Origin: an uncultured Acidobacteriota bacterium
Lineage (GTDB): Bacteria > Acidobacteriota > Thermoanaerobaculia > UBA5066 > DATFVB01
Direction of reading: 5' to 3'
DNA: 64,000 nt
Assembly (NCBI GenBank): GCA_963813155.1
Contig: CAWEYG010000002.1
Location: forward strand, 608,001 to 672,000
In this document: one piece after another, positions 39,853 through 49,291 of the stretch
Layout: each line of letters begins with the position of its first letter
Numbering within the stretch: position 1 is the first letter of the stretch
Translations under genes and position numbers: made by a program
Notes under the pieces: generated by a model
The model's input: the letters and a program-made list of their open reading frames with translations, nothing else
What the model was told of the DNA's origin: nothing
Databases searched by the model: none

Positions 39853-40182
39853 ATGTTGCGGCGTTTGCTCTCTTTCGTCCTCCTCGCGGCCCTCGCGACG
39901 ATCCTCGCCTCACCCTTCGCGGGCGCTGCGGAGGGCGCCGGCGCAATGGCCTGCTGCCGGGACGGCGCGAAGATGATCTGCTGCGCCCCTTCCGCCGGCT
40001 GCCAGATGAAGAGCTGTCCAAACTCCGATCGGGCGACGATGCTGCCGAGCCTCGAGCCGGCGGTCCCCGTGTCGACGTCCTACGAAATCGACCGGGTTCT
40101 CTGCCCGGATCCCCTCGTTTCTCTCCGAGCCGCGGCCGCGACTCTCCCCGCCCAGCCCCCCGACCAGCCTCCTCGCTTCTAA
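39853..40182 (+). CDS. Small exported Cys/Met-rich protein with Pro-rich C-terminus (candidate regulatory leader)
   Basis: TGgTAATGT 7 nt before ATG (leaderless); signal peptide; MACC...MICC....CQMKSC; ends PAQPPDQPPRF. Confidence 0.7.
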   Translation: MLRRLLSFVLLAALATILASPFAGAAEGAGAMACCRDGAKMICCAPSAGCQMKSCPNSDRATMLPSLEPAVPVSTSYEIDRVLCPDPLVSLRAAAATLPAQPPDQPPRF

Positions 40183-40228
40183 AGCTTCCGCGCCTCAATC
40201 CCGATTCGTTTTTTTGAGGAGGTGAAGC

Positions 40229-41402
40229 TTGAGGTCTTTCTCGAGTTCGAGGGTTCATTCGGTATTGCTACTCACGGCGCTCCTTTCTGCTCCCGCGGTC
40301 GCGCAGGAGAAAGCAATATCCCCCCAGTCGCTCGACTCCGGCTCTTCGCCGGTCGCTCTTTCCTTCGGCGATGACCCGGCCCGCAGGCTCGTCATCAACG
40401 GTTTCGGCGTCGCGACGTATGCCTACAACCTCAATACGAACGAGAACTCGTTTGCCGACAGCGCTCTCGCTATTTCTTTTTCAAAGCTGATCACGGACCG
40501 GATTTCGGTCTTCGCGCAACTGACGACCGCGCGCGAATCCGCTTCGCCGTTCGTCGGCGATACGGGAAACTTCGAAGGCGATGTTTCGACCGACATCGAC
40601 AATCTGCAACTCGCGTGGATGCCGTCACCGGCCGCCGGACTCCAGCTCACGTTCGGAAAATTCGATTCGCCGATCGCGCTGGAACGCGACGACGCTCCAT
40701 TGAACTTCCAGGCCACGAATTCCTTCACGTTCGACTTCGCGCGTCCCGTGAAGTTCACGGGAATCGAGGCGCACGAGGCGTTCTCGCCGAAGTTCGAAGG
40801 ATGGGCCATCGTCGGCAATGGCTGGGACAACGACACCGACAACAACAACGCGAAAACCGGCGCGCTCTACGCGCTCTGGAACCCGTCGCTGCGCTATCAT
40901 TTCGGCCTCGGAGTCATTCAGGGCGGCGAAAAGGAAGGTCAGACCGGAGATCAAAGGACGACGGCCGTCGCGACGATCCTGATGCAGCCCACCGATTCCT
41001 GGGTTTACGGCGAAGAGCTCGTCGCGGGGAGCGAGCCGCACGCGGCCGCTCGACGGCGGAACGGCCCGCTGGTATTCGGACATGTTTTATCTCCACCACC
41101 GCTTCGGACAGCACTGGGCGGGGACCCTGCGCGCCGAGTATTTCGACGACGCGGGAGGCTCGCGCACGGGAACGCGCCAGATCCTTCGCTCGGTGACGGT
41201 CTCTCCCCAGTATCTCGTCGGCGGCGGCTTCTACGGACTCTACCGAAACTTCGAGCATACGTCGCTGCGCCTTCCAGAAGTGACCGTCCGGCTCGACCTG
41301 AGGTGGGACCGTTCCAGCGTCGATGCCTTTCGAACGCGCGAGGAAGCCGTCGGGCGGCGCGACGCCTATTCCGCGACATTGCAGACCGTGTTTCTTTTCT
41401 AG
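40229..41402 (+). CDS. Outer-membrane beta-barrel porin, frameshift at ~41050
   Basis: Signal peptide; GKFD.PI..E, FTG, GNGWD...DNNNAK, TLRAEYFDD..G.RTG, LDLRWD; C-terminal Phe; GAGGAGG SD. Confidence 0.8.
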
Positions 41403-41411
41403 GAGAAGATG

Positions 41412-41981
41412 ATGGGAAAGCTTCCTCAAAGCGCGATCGAGACCCGGCTCACGGCGACGCTGTTCCTGCTGCTCCTCGGCGTCGCCAACCTGTTCGGAGC
41501 CTGGCAGGTGAAGAACTTCGCTTCGTTTTCACCCGCCGGAGTCGCCGCGACGGTCGCGCCGGAGGCCCATCACGACATGACGATGGCCTGCTGCCAGACC
41601 TCGGCCGCCGAGGAGAAGCCGGTCGACCTCGCCATGCTCGATCATCCCCGCCACCAGGTCAGCCGCGAGCTCCTCGTTCAGGACACGCACGTTCACGTCC
41701 CCGTTTACGCAATATCGGCCGCGCTGCTGTCGATGATCGTCCTGGGCCTGGTTCTCCCTTCGGGCGCTCGAGTCGCCCTGGTTCTTTGCTCGTTCGCGGC
41801 GCCGTTTCTCGATTTCGCGGGCCTTTGGGGCGCACACCTCTTTCCGTCGAAGGGAACGCTGTTCGGCCTCTTCGCGGTGGCGGGAGGCTTCGCCATGGGG
41901 CTCGCGTACCTCGTCGTGCTCGTCCTCACCCTGGCTCAGTGCTGGTTTTTCAGAAAGAAAATGGAGGCAAACCATGCGTAA
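41412..41981 (+). CDS. 4-TM membrane protein with HHDMTMACC loop and THVH motif
   Basis: AGGAG SD; hydrophobic helices; His/Met/Cys-rich segment after the first TM. Confidence 0.75.
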   Translation: MGKLPQSAIETRLTATLFLLLLGVANLFGAWQVKNFASFSPAGVAATVAPEAHHDMTMACCQTSAAEEKPVDLAMLDHPRHQVSRELLVQDTHVHVPVYAISAALLSMIVLGLVLPSGARVALVLCSFAAPFLDFAGLWGAHLFPSKGTLFGLFAVAGGFAMGLAYLVVLVLTLAQCWFFRKKMEANHA

Positions 41982-42549
41982 CATCTGTGCAGCCGGAGCC
42001 GCGCTCCTGATTTCCACATCTCTCTTCGCGCACGTGACTCCGAACGTCCAGCTCGTGCGGCGGGGAGAATTCATCCAATCGAGTCTGGCGGGGGCGGTGA
42101 AATTCTCCGAAAAGGTCCTGATGATCGGCGGTCCCGACATGGTGGCGATCAAGAACGCGACCGGCTGGAGACCGTCCGAAGAGGACGCGAAAATCTACAT
42201 TGGTCGCGACGCGACCGGCCGCCTCGTTGGGTCGGTCGCCTTCGTCTGGATGCCCTCCGAACACGGACCGATCGGGGTCGGCGCTGCTTTTGACGCGGAC
42301 GGGACGATACTCCGAGCCGAGGTCACCGATGTCGGAACCGAGCCGCTCGCCTGGGTGCGGCCCCTGATCGAGGCGAAGGGGCTCTCCGCCCTGGAAGGCC
42401 TGCGGCTGCAGGAACGCGCGAAGGGCTCCGCAATTGCCCCCCTCGTTCGGGGGAACATGACCCGCTATTACGCGGATGTGATTGCCGAGGGCATTACGCG
42501 CGCCCAGGCGCTCGAAAGGGTTTCGCGTGAGACGCCAGCCGCCCGGTGA
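41974..42549 (+). CDS. Periplasmic FMN-bind/RnfG-like protein lacking the SGAT flavinylation motif
   Basis: GGAGG SD; signal peptide ending LFA-H; G.LVG......EHGPI.VG.....DG.I...V pattern recognised by eye. Confidence 0.55.
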   Translation: MRNICAAGAALLISTSLFAHVTPNVQLVRRGEFIQSSLAGAVKFSEKVLMIGGPDMVAIKNATGWRPSEEDAKIYIGRDATGRLVGSVAFVWMPSEHGPIGVGAAFDADGTILRAEVTDVGTEPLAWVRPLIEAKGLSALEGLRLQERAKGSAIAPLVRGNMTRYYADVIAEGITRAQALERVSRETPAAR

Positions 42550-43103
42550 TCGGTCTCGCGGGAGAACGCTCCGGGAGGCGGCGATCCTCGCGGCGCTCGC
42601 GCTCCTCTTCGCCGCGGCTTCGAACCTGACGGCCCGCCCGGAGCGCCGCCTCGACTGGATCGGCAGGAGCTCCGCGGTTTCGAAGGCGGCCGTCCCGGCG
42701 GCGCCGGCCACGACCCCCGCCTCGTCTTCCGATTTTCCGCCGCACCCCGACAAGCCCTATCTCGAAATCACGCCGGACCAGGCGAAGAAACTCTTCGACC
42801 GCGGAGCGCCGTTCCTCGACGCCCGCCGCACGGTCCGTCTATCGCGAGGGCCACGTCCGGGGAGCCCGATCGCTTTCCGTCTGGGAGGCCGACCTCGACG
42901 GCAAGCTCCTCGCCCTCTCGCAGGAGAGGCTCGACCCGGCCGCACCTCTCGTCGCCTACTGCAGCGGCGGAGACTGCGAGGATTCGCATTCCCTGGCGGA
43001 ACGGCTCTGGTCGATCGGTTTCAACGACGTTCTCGTCTATCGGGACGGATTCCCCGACTGGGAAAAGCGCGGCTGGCCGGTTGAACGCGAGGCGAAAAAA
43101 TGA
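42546..43103 (+). CDS. Membrane-anchored rhodanese-domain protein, frameshifts at ~42560 and ~42835
   Basis: TM helix; EIT..QAK.LFD.GA.FLDAR, Y.EGHV.GA, VAYCSGGDCEDS, GF..V.VY..GFPDW. Confidence 0.75.
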
Positions 43104-43573
43104 AACGCGTCGCCCTTCTGCTCGGGCGAGTCGCTCTCGGCGCCGTCTTCCTCGTCGCCGCGGGACCGAAGATCGCCGACCCGCCGGGATTCGCGCACAT
43201 GGTCTCGAACTACCTCCTCGTGCCGGCGCCCGCGGTCAACTTCCTGGCCCTCTTCCTTCCGTGGATCGAGATGCTGGCGGGCATCGCGCTCGTCACCGGC
43301 GTGTTTTGGAGAACCGGCGCGAAACTCTCGGCGGCGCTCCTCGTCCTCTTCATTCTGGCGATCGGCATCAACCTCGCGCGGGACCACGCGGTCCAGTGCG
43401 GCTGCTTCGACGTCCACGCCGCCGAAAAGAGCCACGCCCAATTGATCGGAGAGATGCGGTGGGTCGTCGCGAGGGACCTCGGGCTTCTCGCGGTCGCCGT
43501 CGGGCTCTCCCTTTCTAAAGAGGATCGGCGAACGGCCGGCTTTCTGAGAGAATCCCCCCGGGAGGAAGAATGA
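43100..43573 (+). CDS. MauE/DoxX-family redox-associated membrane protein
   Basis: R..LG.VF..A...KI.DP..F, LPWIE...G..L, F.......ARD...QCGCF, RDLGL. Confidence 0.85.
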   Translation: MKRVALLLGRVALGAVFLVAAGPKIADPPGFAHMVSNYLLVPAPAVNFLALFLPWIEMLAGIALVTGVFWRTGAKLSAALLVLFILAIGINLARDHAVQCGCFDVHAAEKSHAQLIGEMRWVVARDLGLLAVAVGLSLSKEDRRTAGFLRESPREEE

Positions 43574-43890
43574 AGATCCGACTTTCCCTGATCGTTCTGG
43601 CCGGTTACGCGTCTCTCGCGGCGGCCGCCTACAAGCCCTCGAGCCTCTTCGTCCAGCGGTGCGCGAAATGCCACGGCGAAGACGGCCGCGCCCAGACCCC
43701 GAAGGGGCAGAAAATGAAAGCGCGCGATTTCACCGACGCCAAATTCCAGACGGACAAGACCGACGCGCAGCTGATCGACTCGGTCACGAACGGAACCGAA
43801 ATGGACATGCCCCCGTTCGGCAAGGTCCTCTCGGCCGCCGAAATCGAAAAGCTCGTCAAAGAGGACGTTCGGGGATTCGGGAAGAAGTAG
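43570..43890 (+). CDS. Monoheme c-type cytochrome
   Basis: Signal peptide; CAKCHG.DG, RDFT, MPPF. Confidence 0.88.
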   Translation: MKIRLSLIVLAGYASLAAAAYKPSSLFVQRCAKCHGEDGRAQTPKGQKMKARDFTDAKFQTDKTDAQLIDSVTNGTEMDMPPFGKVLSAAEIEKLVKEDVRGFGKK

Positions 43891-44867
43891 CCGGCGGGCG
43901 GGGCCGATTCGCCCCGACGCCGTCGGGGCCGCTCCACTTCGGCTCTCTGCTCGCGGCGCTCGCGTCGTACCTGTTCGCGAAAAGCGGCGGAGCGGCCTGG
44001 TTGATCCGGATCGAAGACCTCGACGAGCCCCGGACGATCCCCGGATGCGCGGAGGAGCAAGTCCGCCTCCTTTCCCTCTGCGGCCTGGAGAGCGACGGGC
44101 CGATCGTGAGGCAGTCGGAGCGCGCCGCGACTTACGACGCGATCTTCGAAAGGCTCCTGGCCGAGGATCTCCTCTACCCCTGCGTCTGCTCGCGCCGGGA
44201 GATCTCGACCTCGGCCTCCGCTCCGCACGGAGCGGAGCCGGTCTACCCCGGCACGTGCCGCGACGCGAGGATCCGCCCGGACGAGGCCCGCGCGTGGCGC
44301 TTTCGCGTTCCGGCGGGGACCGTTTCGTTCCGGGACGAAGTCTTCGGCGAGATCTCGCAGGACGTCGCGAACGAAGTCGGCGACTTCGTCGTCCGCCGCG
44401 AGCAGCCGGCGCGAGCGTACGCGTACCAGCTCGCCGTCGTCGCGGACGACGCCGCGCAGGAGATCACGCAGGTCGTGCGGGGAGCGGACCTCCTCGATTC
44501 GACGGCGCGCCAGATCGCGCTCGGCCGGGCGCTCGGCTTCCGGATACCGGCGTACGCGCACATCCCGCTGCTCGTGTCGGATCAGGGAGAGAAGCTCTCG
44601 AAACGCGCCGGCAGCCGCCAGCTCGCCGAGGCGGCGGAGCGCGGAAGCCTTCCCGCCATCGCTCGCCGCGCTCCTGACGACGCTCGGGCAGAAGCCCCGA
44701 CGCTGAAAGAGGCGCTCGCAAGCTTCGACGCTTCGAAGAATTCCGCGGCAGCGCGAAATCCGCCTCGCGCCGCCCGCGTCAGGGTTCAACGCCGGAACGT
44801 GACCGCGCCGGCTTTCGCCAGCAGGTCGAGATACTCCGCGACTTCGGAAAGCGGAACCGATTCGTAG
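43875..44867 (+). CDS. gluQ: Glutamyl-Q tRNA(Asp) synthetase, start and 3' end uncertain
   Basis: GRFAPTPSGPLHFGS, RIEDLD.PR, YPCVCSR, YPGTCR, GDFVVRR, AYQLAVV.DD, VVRGADLLDST, KLSK; no anticodon-binding domain; no canonical start near the N-terminus. Confidence 0.85.
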   Translation: MREEVAGGRGRFAPTPSGPLHFGSLLAALASYLFAKSGGAAWLIRIEDLDEPRTIPGCAEEQVRLLSLCGLESDGPIVRQSERAATYDAIFERLLAEDLLYPCVCSRREISTSASAPHGAEPVYPGTCRDARIRPDEARAWRFRVPAGTVSFRDEVFGEISQDVANEVGDFVVRREQPARAYAYQLAVVADDAAQEITQVVRGADLLDSTARQIALGRALGFRIPAYAHIPLLVSDQGEKLSKRAGSRQLAEAAERGSLPAIARRAPDDARAEAPTLKEALASFDASKNSAAARNPPRAARVRVQRRNVTAPAFASRSRYSATSESGTDS

Positions 44868-46778
44868 AGACCCGTCAGAGCATTTCGGATCTCCGAAACG
44901 GAGCGTTTCCCGTCCACGAGGTTGAACGCCTCGTACGCGAGCACTTCGCCGCCGTCGCGCTTCATCAGCGCCGCGCTGCTCGCGTCGACGCCGGCGGACT
45001 CGAGATAGCTGAAGTAGTAAACGTCGAGCGGCCCGCGGATCTCCGGGTTGCGGACCGGGATCCGCTCGTCGCGCTTCTCCCGCGAACTCGCGGCCTCCGG
45101 AGCCGCGCCGCCATGTTCCGGAGCCGCTCCTCTTCGAGACGGACCTCCGCCGCGGGAACGTTCCAGAGAGAGGCCACGGAACGCACGGTCCGGACACCCG
45201 ATTCGACCTGCCGGACTTCGACGTCGGCCGCGTCGCTTCCCTCCGCGCGGGCGCGCGCGACGCGCTCTTCCGCGCCGATCCCCGCGAGAACGAGCAGGCG
45301 AGACGCCTCGGAATCCGGCAGCGCCGCGAGCGTCCACGCGATGCCCGCGCCCATGTACGCGACGCGGCCGAGCTTCGTCGCGTCGAGGTTCTCGGGCTGG
45401 TCCTTGTTCGTGTGGATCGTCACGTCGGGGTAGTCGTGGAAATACACCATCGGAACGGCGAAGGCCGCCTCTTCGAAGACCTCGTGGTCGCTTCCCATCT
45501 CGAGCCGGCGAATGTCGCCCAGAAACGCTTCGCGGGCGCCGGGCGGCCACACGAGACCGGCATACGGATCGCCTCCCTTTTCCGCGTACTTCGAGGAAGC
45601 CCGAACGACGTCGTCGAACCAGGCGCGCGCGATCTCGTTCGCGACGTGCGGAAGGGTCTCGGCCGTCCGGGAGAGGTGGAACGTCCCCTTCGTCGCCGCG
45701 AGCGTGCCGCCGACCATGTCCATGTGGATGCCGGCCACGAGCCGCTGGACGATCTCCGGATGGCGGACGAGCCACGCCTGCGACCCCGCGATCTCCGGGA
45801 ACCACGCGAACCGGATCGTGAGCCGCGGCTTCGGCAGCGTCCCCTTCGCGATCGCGGCCTCGAGCGCCCTCGCGATTTCGAAAATCGCGGCGGAGCCCGA
45901 GGCGTTGTCGTTCGCTCCCGCCGACTCGTGGCAGAGGTGCGCCGTCAGGATCACTTCGCGGCCCGACGGGTCCGTTCCGGGAATCGTCGCCGTGAGGACG
46001 TCGAAAGACGCCGGGACCATTTTCGCCCGCACCCGCGCGCGCAGCACGATCTTCTCGCCCCCGGCGAGCCTCGCCCGGTAGGTCTCCGCCTGCCGCTTCG
46101 AGACCATGAACGCGAATCGGTTTTTGAGCTGGTACGGGGACAGATGGCCCCATCGCACGAGGTCCCTGTCGTCGCCGGACCAGGCGGTCGTCTGGTTCGG
46201 GTAAGTCGGACAGGAACCCCGCCGCGCCGCGGTCTTCGCAGGCTGCGCGATGCACGGCGGGGAGCGGCCCGTCCGCGAGCACGATCTTTCCGCGGACGTC
46301 TTTCCCCTCGTAACTCTTCGCGTCCGAGCCGGTGCCCGCGTCCACGAGCTCCGCCGTCACGTCGGCGTCCTGGCTGTAGTCGGCGAGGGCCACCGGAGAC
46401 GCAGGGAACGTTTCGACCGCGCCCGCGCGCGGCGAGACTTCCTCGAGCGAGGCCGAGACGGCGTCCCACCCGAAGTAGCTGAGGAAAGTGCGCGTAGCGA
46501 GTCTTCCCGTCTGCCGGGAGGCGCTCGACGGAGGCATCCGCGAGCCCGGCCGCGAGGAGCTTCTTTCGCATGTGCTCGGCCGCGGCGGCGTACCCGGGCG
46601 ATCCGTGCACGCGATGGAAACGCCCGAGCTCCCGGACGGTCTCGAGCGCCGCGTTCCCGTCGATCTGCGCCCGGATTGCGGCGGGCACCTCGTCGGGCCA
46701 GAACGGAATGCGTCGGTCCCCGGCGAGGGCCGGAACGGCGGCGAACACCAGGGCCAGGGACACGAGCTTTGTCGTCAC
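44786..46778 (-). CDS. M28-family (DUF4910-like) aminopeptidase with PA and wHTH domains, about three frameshifts
   Basis: Signal peptide from GTG 46778; AHLCH, GANDNASG, PEIAGS, HMDMVG, GSDH, HTNKD; C-terminal YEAFNLVDGKRSV.EI. Confidence 0.75.
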
Positions 46779-46800
46779 TCTTCCTCCGCGCGCGACAAGC

Positions 46801-47103
46801 CTACCGTTTTTCCCCTCTTTCGGGCGCGACCGAGGAGACGTACGCGTCGATCGACGATTTCTGTTCCGGCGTGAGCTTCGCCTTGGCCGCCATCTTGTCG
46901 AGGATCGACGGCCATTTCCGCGGGTCGATTTTCGAAGGCTGGCGGAGCCGGTGGCATCCCCCGCACTTCGCCGCGTACAGGGCGCGCCCCGGCTCGAAGG
47001 AAGGCTCGGGAGCGGGATCGAGCGTCGTCGCGCACGCAACGAGCGCGCACAGGGCGCCAGCCAGCAGAAGCACGGGGATTCCGGCTTTCCTCCTGTCCGT
47101 CAT
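46801..47103 (-). CDS. Monoheme cytochrome c lipoprotein
   Basis: Lipobox LVAC; G..LY...CGGCH, W..I...M; start overlaps the upstream stop. Confidence 0.82.
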   Translation of the reverse strand: MTDRRKAGIPVLLLAGALCALVACATTLDPAPEPSFEPGRALYAAKCGGCHRLRQPSKIDPRKWPSILDKMAAKAKLTPEQKSSIDAYVSSVAPERGEKR

Positions 47104-47834
47104 CAGAAGTAAAACGACAGGATCGCGCGGGCACCGAAGCTTCCGTCGCGGCGAGTCAATCCCCAGTACGGCCCGAACGCGACCCACGCCTTCTCGGCCT
47201 GGTACGAAACCACCGGCCCGATCTTCGCCGTCGACGCCGTGAACGAGCCGTGGCCTTCAAAACCGGCGTTGACGCGCGGCGAGATCTCGTACGAAGCGCC
47301 GGCGGCCCACTCCTTCTGCCACGGAAAATGCCGGCCCGTCTCGTCGTCGACCGGTTTCTGGAAGATGAAGTTGCCCGCCGCGTTCAGCGGACCGAAATCG
47401 TGGGCGAGAATGAGCTTGAGCTCCGGTTCGCCGAATCCGCGCACTTTGAACGGCTGTTCGTACTCCGCGTACAGCTCGACGTCGACGGGCCACGCGCCGG
47501 CGCTTCCGAGCCTGTACTTCGCCTCGATCTTCGAGGAGTCCCAATCGAGCGAGGACGATCCCTCTTTCGTGAAGGTCGTGTAGAGCGAGACGTCGAGCTT
47601 GTCCGTCACGCCGAACTCGCCCTCGAGTTGAAACTGCCCGTTCGTCTGCGAGGAGTTCGCATCATCGTCCTCGCGCGTGGCCGAGACTTCGAGCTCGGCC
47701 GACCCCTTCGGGAGCGTCGCGTACTGGTACGTGAACAGGTAATACTTCCGGTCGGCCCGCGCCTCGCGCGCGGCAAGCAGCGCGCCGACCCAGAGGACGG
47801 GCAGCAGGAATGGGCGGAGTCGTCGGAGAATCAT
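47103..47834 (-). CDS. Small outer-membrane beta-barrel protein
   Basis: Signal peptide ending ARA; alternating beta strands (E.EFGVTD.LD..LY, LY.EY, ELKLIL..D); C-terminal YF. Confidence 0.72.
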   Translation of the reverse strand: MILRRLRPFLLPVLWVGALLAAREARADRKYYLFTYQYATLPKGSAELEVSATREDDDANSSQTNGQFQLEGEFGVTDKLDVSLYTTFTKEGSSSLDWDSSKIEAKYRLGSAGAWPVDVELYAEYEQPFKVRGFGEPELKLILAHDFGPLNAAGNFIFQKPVDDETGRHFPWQKEWAAGASYEISPRVNAGFEGHGSFTASTAKIGPVVSYQAEKAWVAFGPYWGLTRRDGSFGARAILSFYF

Positions 47835-47862
47835 CGGGCAGGTCTCCCTCTTTTCTCTGAGC

Positions 47863-47879
47863 TTAAGACTCAGTCTCAA
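47863..47879. promoter_or_regulatory. Putative Fur box 1
   Basis: TTAAGACT-C-AGTCTCAA 8-1-8 inverted repeat upstream of the beta-barrel gene. Confidence 0.65.
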
Positions 47880-47886
47880 TGAATCC

Positions 47887-48375
47887 CTAGGTATCGGCTG
47901 CGGGGGACCGGGCGGATTCCAGCTCCCCGGCGGCCTTCTTCGTCTTCTGGCACTCGCGGCAGAAGCCGCGGATGTGATGGCTGTGGGCGACGGCGCGGAA
48001 CCCGGCGCGCGCGCAGACCTGGTCCTGCAGGTCTTCGATCTTCGGCTCGTAGAACTCGATAATCCGGCCGCACGAGATGCAGATCATGTGGTCGTGGTGC
48101 TCGCCGGCGTGGAGCCGCTCGTACCGGTAACCCTCCTCGCCCACGCGAACCCGGCCCACGACTCCGGCCGCGACGAGGAGCTCGAGGCCCCGGTAGATCG
48201 TCGCTCGGGAGATTTTCCGCCCCCGTTTCTTCATCCGGAAGAGGAGCTCGTCCGCCTCGAAGTGTTCGTGCCTCTTGAAGATCTCCTCGAAGAGGTCCCT
48301 CCGCTCCGGCGTGAGCTTCAGGCCCCGACGCTTCAGGTACGTCTGGAACAGCGCGGCTTCACGACGATGCGGCAT
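47887..48375 (-). CDS. fur: Fur-family transcriptional regulator
   Basis: GLKLTPER..L, HFEADEL, ISRATIYR.L, HHDHMICISCGRIIEF, GFCREC. Confidence 0.92.
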   Translation of the reverse strand: MPHRREAALFQTYLKRRGLKLTPERRDLFEEIFKRHEHFEADELLFRMKKRGRKISRATIYRGLELLVAAGVVGRVRVGEEGYRYERLHAGEHHDHMICISCGRIIEFYEPKIEDLQDQVCARAGFRAVAHSHHIRGFCRECQKTKKAAGELESARSPAADT

Positions 48376-48402
48376 GGCGGCCCGGATCGGATGCTTTTGA
48401 CA

Positions 48403-48419
48403 TTGCGACTCAGTCTCAG
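48403..48419. promoter_or_regulatory. Putative Fur box 2 between divergent fur and FTR1
   Basis: TTGCGACT-C-AGTCTCAG, sharing GACTCAGTCTCA with box 1; flanked by facing TTGACA hexamers (48397 plus, 48453 minus). Confidence 0.65.
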
Positions 48420-48476
48420 TCGTGATAGTTTCGCAAGCGTTGGCCGTTGTCAAGTCCAGGCGGCCGGGAGGCTCAC

Positions 48477-49268
48477 GTGTGGCAGGGGTTGACCATCGCT
48501 CTGAGGGAAGGAATCGAATCGTTTCTCGTCGTCGCGCTGACGGTGTTGTATCTCGTTCGCACCGGCCGCCGGGGCCTCCTCTCCGCCGTCTGGTGGGGCG
48601 TGGGGTTGTCCGTCGCCGTTTGCGCGTGCGCGGGATACCTGCTGTCGAAGGCGCTCAGCCAGTCGCTCTGGGAAGGAGTTCTCGCTCTCGTTTCCGCGGT
48701 GTTCGTCGGCTCGTTCCTCGTCTACATGAAGAAGGTTTCCTCGCATCTCAAGGCCGACATCGAAAAGAGAGTCGAGAGCGCGGCATCCCGGCGCTCGGCC
48801 TCGGCCGGTTTCTGGGGAATCTTCCTCTTCACCGTCTTCATGGTCTCCCGGGAGGGAATGGAGACGGCTCTCCTGATCGACAGCGCCCTGTTTCAATTGA
48901 AGAGCGCGCGCGTTCTTCTCGGTCTCGTCATCGGCCTTCTCGCGGCCGTCGCGATCGGGTTTCTCTGGATCCGGATGGGGAGAAAGATCAATTTTCGCGC
49001 GATTCTCAACGTGTCCTCCGTGTTCCTCGCCCTGTTCCTCGTCCAGCTGCTGATCGCCGGATTCCACGAGCTCGCGGAAGCGGGCGTGTGGCCCAATTCG
49101 GCCGTGCTCCATGACGCGACCGAAGCCATCGGTCCGGACGGAAAGTACGGCCAGTGGCTCGCGTACGCGCTCGCTGCCGTTCCGACGCTCTGGCTTTTCG
49201 GCGCGTGGATCAAACACCGCCTCCACCCGGAGGCGCCTCCGGCGACCGACAAACAGGCCGCGCTCTAG
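48477..49268 (+). CDS. FTR1/EfeU iron permease
   Basis: Two RExxE motifs (REGIE, REGME); about 7 TM; HEL.EAG; GGGAGG SD + GTG. Confidence 0.9.
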   Translation: MWQGLTIALREGIESFLVVALTVLYLVRTGRRGLLSAVWWGVGLSVAVCACAGYLLSKALSQSLWEGVLALVSAVFVGSFLVYMKKVSSHLKADIEKRVESAASRRSASAGFWGIFLFTVFMVSREGMETALLIDSALFQLKSARVLLGLVIGLLAAVAIGFLWIRMGRKINFRAILNVSSVFLALFLVQLLIAGFHELAEAGVWPNSAVLHDATEAIGPDGKYGQWLAYALAAVPTLWLFGAWIKHRLHPEAPPATDKQAAL

Positions 49269-49291
49269 CCGGCTGCCGAGACCGAGCGAGC

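Noticed and set aside
39746-40228. Fur box upstream of the porin operon
   Set aside because: No GACTnAGTC-type palindrome seen here, so direct Fur control is not supported.
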